Below, one piece after another: positions 15,590 through 21,960 of a stretch of DNA of 21,960 bases; positions within the stretch are counted from its first letter, which is position 1, and the number at the start of each line of letters is the position of its first letter. The translations under genes and the position numbers were made by a program. The stretch is taken from positions 1 to 21,960 of the forward strand of contig CAYNBQ010000040.1 in NCBI GenBank assembly GCA_964395275.1, given 5' to 3'. The notes under the pieces were generated by a model. The model ran no database searches. It was not told the origin of the DNA and was given only the letters and a program-made list of their open reading frames with translations. Source of the stretch: an uncultured Verrucomicrobiota bacterium. Lineage in GTDB: Bacteria; Verrucomicrobiota; CALLYA01; CAYNBQ01.

Positions 15590-16771
15590 TCACGGCGTCG
15601 CGGGATCCGTATCCGGCCTGTTTCCGACGTCGATCGCGAGGGCGGCGAGGCAGACCACGGCGACCGCCCACGGAAGGAGCAGAGGGACCGCCGCGGGAAC
15701 GCCGCCGATCGTCTCGGGCGGGACGAGCTTCGCCCTGAGGTAGGCGAGCTGGAACGCGTCGATCCCGATCAGGATTCCCAGCCACGGGCGTTCGGCGACC
15801 GTCGCGGCTGCGAAAACGGCCAGCAGAAGGAGCGCGGGAAGAAGATACTTGGCAAAGAGATGGTTCATCAGCATGACCATCAGCAGGTTGAGGCCGACGG
15901 CCGCCGCGGCCCTTCGAGCGAGTGACTCCCGGCGCCGCCGCCACAACGCCCAGAGTCCGATCGCCGCGAGGGAAGGCGGCGCGATGGCCCGGACGGTCCC
16001 GTAGCGCTCCGCCACGTTCCAGTCGCCCGCGACGAAGAGATTCAGGGCCGTCCGCGCCGCGTTCTTCGGCAGGTTCAGGGAGAGGCTTCCCGCAATGCCC
16101 GGTTCGCCGGCCGCCGCGGAATACGCGGTCGCAAACTCGCCCGTCTGCGCCCGGGTGATCGCGACGTAGACGACGGGGATCAGGCATCCGGCCGCGAGGA
16201 GAAGGCGCCGGCGGGTCGTGCGCACGGCGTCCGGGGCGAAGAGGGGGAGCAGGGCGGCGGCGAACGGCTTGACGATCACCGCGTATCCCCACGCCAGCGG
16301 CGCCGCCGGCCGCATCCGGATCGAGAGCAGGATGGTCACCAGGAGGAAGAAGACGAAGATCGTGTTGATGTGCCCCTTCATCGGTTCCCAGATCACCCCG
16401 GGCAGGAGGAGATAGAAAAGGGCCGCAACGGCTCCGGCGCGGTCGCCGCCGATCCGGCGGGCGACGAGCAACAGCAGCAGGGGGTTCAGCAGCGAGAGCC
16501 CGATCCCGAGCCATGCGACGGCGTGATCGGAGCGCGTGACCGCGTAGATCGGGGCGGCCGCCAGCGAGGAGCCGTGGAAACCGGTCGGCGTCAGATCGAT
16601 CCGGCCCTTCTCGACGGGCGCCCGCGCGGCGGCGAGGTAGTCGAACGCGTCGTCGACGAGGCGCACGCGGCAGAGGGAATACGACAGCACGAGCGCGAGA
16701 ACGACGATTCCGGGGAACATCCACGGGGAGAACCGCGGATGTCCGGCGGTTGGGGGCGGCTGCGCGTTCAT
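15590..16771 (-). CDS. Polytopic membrane protein, GT-C-type glycosyltransferase-like (DUF2029/GT87-like)
   Basis: Start placed at ATG 16769-16771 (MNAQPPPTAGHPRFSPWMFPGIVVLALV...). The 175 codons upstream of it in track ORF 15590..17296 are Arg/Ser/Pro-rich, non-protein-like, and overlap acnA. More than 9 hydrophobic helices. An acidic motif in the first loop (RVRLVDDAFDY) is typical of GT-C enzymes. Confidence 0.5.
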   Translation of the reverse strand: MNAQPPPTAGHPRFSPWMFPGIVVLALVLSYSLCRVRLVDDAFDYLAAARAPVEKGRIDLTPTGFHGSSLAAAPIYAVTRSDHAVAWLGIGLSLLNPLLLLLVARRIGGDRAGAVAALFYLLLPGVIWEPMKGHINTIFVFFLLVTILLSIRMRPAAPLAWGYAVIVKPFAAALLPLFAPDAVRTTRRRLLLAAGCLIPVVYVAITRAQTGEFATAYSAAAGEPGIAGSLSLNLPKNAARTALNLFVAGDWNVAERYGTVRAIAPPSLAAIGLWALWRRRRESLARRAAAAVGLNLLMVMLMNHLFAKYLLPALLLLAVFAAATVAERPWLGILIGIDAFQLAYLRAKLVPPETIGGVPAAVPLLLPWAVAVVCLAALAIDVGNRPDTDPATP

Positions 16772-16860
16772 CGGGGCGGATGATACCGCCGGAACCACGG
16801 GGAGGCGAACGGTAGAGCCGGCGGTCCGATTCCTCTTTTCGGCGGATCCGAAGGCGTGCG

Positions 16861-16890
16861 TATAGTACGGGATCTCCGCGGAACGCGGAG
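16861..16890 (+). promoter_or_regulatory. acnA leader: TATAGT -10-like box followed by a perfect 7-3-7 inverted repeat (candidate operator)
   Basis: TATAGT at 16861-16866. ctccgcg-gaa-cgcggag at 16874-16890. Lies 66-95 nt upstream of the acnA ATG in the 184-bp divergent intergenic region. Confidence 0.3.
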
Positions 16891-16955
16891 GAGGACGCGG
16901 CGAAGCACCGGTGGCGCAAACCGGCCGGACCGGCGGCCGAACGAGGGCGAGGGAC

Positions 16956-19667
<2,712 letters not shown>

Positions 19668-19742
19668 GAATCGGCCGGCGGCGTTCGTCCGCCGCAGGGG
19701 TCGTCGTCGCGCGGAGCGGCGGTGCGTCCCGTGCGGCCCGGT

Positions 19743-21362
19743 TCATCCCTCCAGCAGCCCGTGGTACCGGCCCATCCAGTAGGGCAGGAGCCAGAACGTG
19801 CCGCATTCCTCGTTCCGTCCGCTTCCCCCCTCGGCCCGGTAGGGGTTTCCGTTCCACTTGTGCAGGGGACGTTCCCGCCAGGAGAGCGGTTCGAGGAGCT
19901 GGGGTTCGCCGGCCCGTCCGTCGCGGGGATTCCTGCGGATGTCGAGACGATGCAGGTTCCTCGTCGGCCAGTCGACCAGGTCCAGGGGGATCTCCCGCAG
20001 GGATTCTACGGCCAGGTCGGCGTCGCAGGCCCGTCCCGTCGCCGCGCCGTAGATGAAGTTCCAGAGGGGACATCGCTCGGGACGTTCGATCCGCCAGCTC
20101 CGTTCGAGGCTCGCCAGGTAGATCGCCCGCAACTGCGGATCCTTCTCGTAGCGCAGGAGGGGTTCGTAGGAGAGAAACGCCAGTTCGTCGTCGGAATGGT
20201 TGTCTTCCGCGCCGGGGAAATCTCCCGGAAGAATCTTCTGTTCGACGGTGTTCAGGGCGTACCCATGATCCCGGATCAGCTCCGCGGCGGCCGCGGCGTA
20301 TCGCGCCTCCCCCGTGATGTGCACGGCCACCTTGAGATGGGAAAGGATCTCCAGGGAATTGAGTCCGCGTTCCGAACGCCATCGGGGCGAGTCGTTCAGC
20401 TCTTCCGGCGCCCACACGCCCCAGCGGGTCGGACGGCCGTCCAGGTCCACCAGGTGCAGCCCGTGGTCCAGGATGTGGTCCGTCACGCGGCGGACGGTTT
20501 CGCGGATCCGCGCCCGGTCGTCCTCGTCGGCGACCAGGTCGAAGTAGATGCCCCAGGCGTAGTAATGACCCACGATCTCGTCGGAGGAGGTGTCGCCCTT
20601 CCATTCCCATTCGCCGTCGTCGGTCCGGTGCCATTCGCCGTCGGGGTGGTTGCCGAAGCGCTCTTCGGAACGGTGCGTGAGCGCGCGGGCGGGAAATCCC
20701 GGGACGGGGCTCCGTTCTTCCAGCGCGAGAAGGGCGTGGAGCGATTCCCGGGCGCGCTCGCGCGCGGTCTCGTCGCCGGTGACCGCCCACCGGTACGATT
20801 CGGCGGCGACGTACATCGCCGTCCAGAGCCCGTCGTTGTCGCCGATCCCGTGGCGCCATCCGTCGAGATCGCCGGGCGAGGGCAGGTTGCATTCGATGAC
20901 GAACCCGAACCGCCGGTGGCGCGTGTCGGTCAGCCGTTCGTAGTGGGCCGCCTTCTCCTCGAGGGTCATCGGCAGGAAACGGATCCGGCTCCCGCCCTTC
21001 GCGGTCCGCACGAGAATCGACCCGTCGTCGGCGCACGCGAGTGCTTCCACGCGGTCGTCGGGCAGCCATCGCGGGCCGGCGTAGATTTCGAAGCGGCCGC
21101 CGCTCCATCGGACGACGCCCTGCGGGGTGCCGAACCAGAGATCGCCGTCCGGGGAGACCGTTGCGCAGGCGACGCCGGCGACCGGAAAGGGGTCGGGCGC
21201 GGCGCGTGCCGGTCCCCGCCCGGCGGCGGATTCGATCATCAACCTCCCGTCGCGCACGAGATAACGGTGTCCCCGGGCATCTTCCACGAAAGGGGGAGTC
21301 GGGGGCGGGTTTCCGGGCTCGAGGGAGACGAACTCGCGAACGGGCTGGCGGAAGGTCTTCAT
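19743..21362 (-). CDS. Hypothetical protein (Trp/Asp-rich, possibly alpha/alpha-toroid glycosidase-like)
   Basis: 539 aa. ATG at 21360-21362 preceded by GGGAGGAG. Coding-like composition, no signal peptide. No family recognised with confidence. Convergent with acnA. Confidence 0.6.
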   Translation of the reverse strand: MKTFRQPVREFVSLEPGNPPPTPPFVEDARGHRYLVRDGRLMIESAAGRGPARAAPDPFPVAGVACATVSPDGDLWFGTPQGVVRWSGGRFEIYAGPRWLPDDRVEALACADDGSILVRTAKGGSRIRFLPMTLEEKAAHYERLTDTRHRRFGFVIECNLPSPGDLDGWRHGIGDNDGLWTAMYVAAESYRWAVTGDETARERARESLHALLALEERSPVPGFPARALTHRSEERFGNHPDGEWHRTDDGEWEWKGDTSSDEIVGHYYAWGIYFDLVADEDDRARIRETVRRVTDHILDHGLHLVDLDGRPTRWGVWAPEELNDSPRWRSERGLNSLEILSHLKVAVHITGEARYAAAAAELIRDHGYALNTVEQKILPGDFPGAEDNHSDDELAFLSYEPLLRYEKDPQLRAIYLASLERSWRIERPERCPLWNFIYGAATGRACDADLAVESLREIPLDLVDWPTRNLHRLDIRRNPRDGRAGEPQLLEPLSWRERPLHKWNGNPYRAEGGSGRNEECGTFWLLPYWMGRYHGLLEG

Positions 21363-21482
21363 CGGCGGCTCCTCCCGGGGGGAACGTCGCCGATTCTACC
21401 GGGACCGTCGCGGGAATCGAGCGTTCCGCGTGACGCGCCGTCCCGCTCCGGCCCCGCGAAGGAAAACCTGCTGTAAGGGGCC

Positions 21483-21960
21483 GACCCCGTCTTGCCCTAC
21501 GTCTTGTCCGCCGTCTTGTCCTCCGTAGTGCCGCATTTGCGGCACGAAGGAGGAAGTTCCGGCATGTGGGACGAAGGCGGACGTTCCGTGGTCGCCCGAA
21601 CGGGGTCGGGCTCCTACTTTTGGTTGCGCGAGTAAAGAGAGAGTAGGAGGCCGATCCCGACGCGCCCTACGTCTTGTCCTCCGTAGTTCCGCGAGCGCGG
21701 AACGAAGGGGGAAGTCCTGCCGGGTGCGTGGAACAAGGGAGAAAATCGCCCGAGTATGGGACGAAGTAGGGTCGGCCGATTCGACCCACAAAGGAAAACC
21801 CGTGGAGCCGCGACGCCCTGTTCTCCTTCGTAGTCCCGCCGGCGGCCCGGGACTGCTGCGCCCCCGGAACGAACCCACTCCGTGGGTTCTCATCCCACCC
21901 TTTCGTGGGAAGGGCGGGTATGTTGGCGAACCAAGACGGAGCCGGGAATACCGAGTGGCT
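21483..21960. repeat. Cluster of REP/MITE-like imperfect palindromic repeats (intergenic, continues to the window edge)
   Basis: The shared unit gccctacgtcttgtcc(tccg) occurs at about 21494 and 21664. Each copy is followed by a long hairpin: tcctcc-gta-gtgccgc-attt-gcggcac-gaa-ggagga at 21519-21554, and tcctcc-gta-gttccgcg-ag-cgcggaac-gaa-ggggga at 21677-21712. The tgggacgaag motif is also repeated (21566, 21757). A third related palindrome (agtcccgccggcggcccgggact) lies near 21828-21850. A 9/10-bp-stem hairpin with a 25-nt AT-rich loop lies at 21609-21652. Confidence 0.6.

Noticed and set aside
19676-19694. Short GC hairpin (cggcgg-cgttcgt-ccgccg) between the convergent acnA and hypothetical genes as a bidirectional terminator
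   Set aside because: The stem is only 6 bp with no flanking T or A tracts. It is plausible but too weak to call.
21483-21960. Possible CRISPR array
   Set aside because: The repeats are imperfect, carry internal palindromes with variable stems, are irregularly spaced and have no uniform spacer length. No cas genes are in view. The pattern fits REP/MITE-like elements better.

Overview
High-GC (about 68-70%) bacterial chromosomal window. I call about 16 genes, most of them ordinary housekeeping or envelope functions.

Minus strand, left end:
- A translationally coupled NfeD-like/flotillin (SPFH) operon.
- A rubrerythrin gene.

Plus strand:
- Two tandem paralogous Amidase_2 (PGRP/AmpD-type) N-acetylmuramoyl-L-alanine amidases.
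- A candidate terminator.
- A two-gene module: an unrecognised soluble protein (helical repeats plus a C-terminal bacterial-PH/GRAM-like domain) whose stop overlaps (ATGA) the start of a compact 6-TM voltage-gated K+ channel (TTVGYGD filter, arginine-rich S4).

The channel gene is bracketed by a 52-bp direct repeat with a single mismatch. The repeat copies the 3' end of the upstream gene and the first six codons of the channel, so recombination between the copies would precisely excise the channel gene and restore the upstream ORF. I consider this the most interesting structure in the window: a possibly mobile or recently acquired channel cassette, perhaps a sensor-effector pair.

Minus strand, downstream:
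- A four-gene operon: crcB (fluoride channel), a DUF190 protein, a CysQ/HAL2-like phosphatase and a Gfo/Idh/MocA oxidoreductase. I found no recognisable fluoride riboswitch upstream of it.
- Two secreted putative clan GH-A-like glycoside hydrolases. Upstream of the first is an AT-rich tandem direct repeat; downstream of the second is an intrinsic-terminator-like hairpin.
- A GT-C-like polytopic membrane protein, divergent from acnA.

Plus strand, right side:
- acnA (aconitase A), with a TATAGT box and a perfect 7-3-7 inverted repeat in its leader.

Minus strand, right end:
- A hypothetical protein.
- A roughly 450-bp intergenic cluster of REP/MITE-like imperfect palindromic repeats, including one unusually AT-rich hairpin loop.

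Several very long ORFs in the track (2..1609, 2178..3917, 10363..15210, 15483..19628 and others) are antisense to the real genes and are GC-bias artefacts. The track also displays GTG and TTG starts as M.
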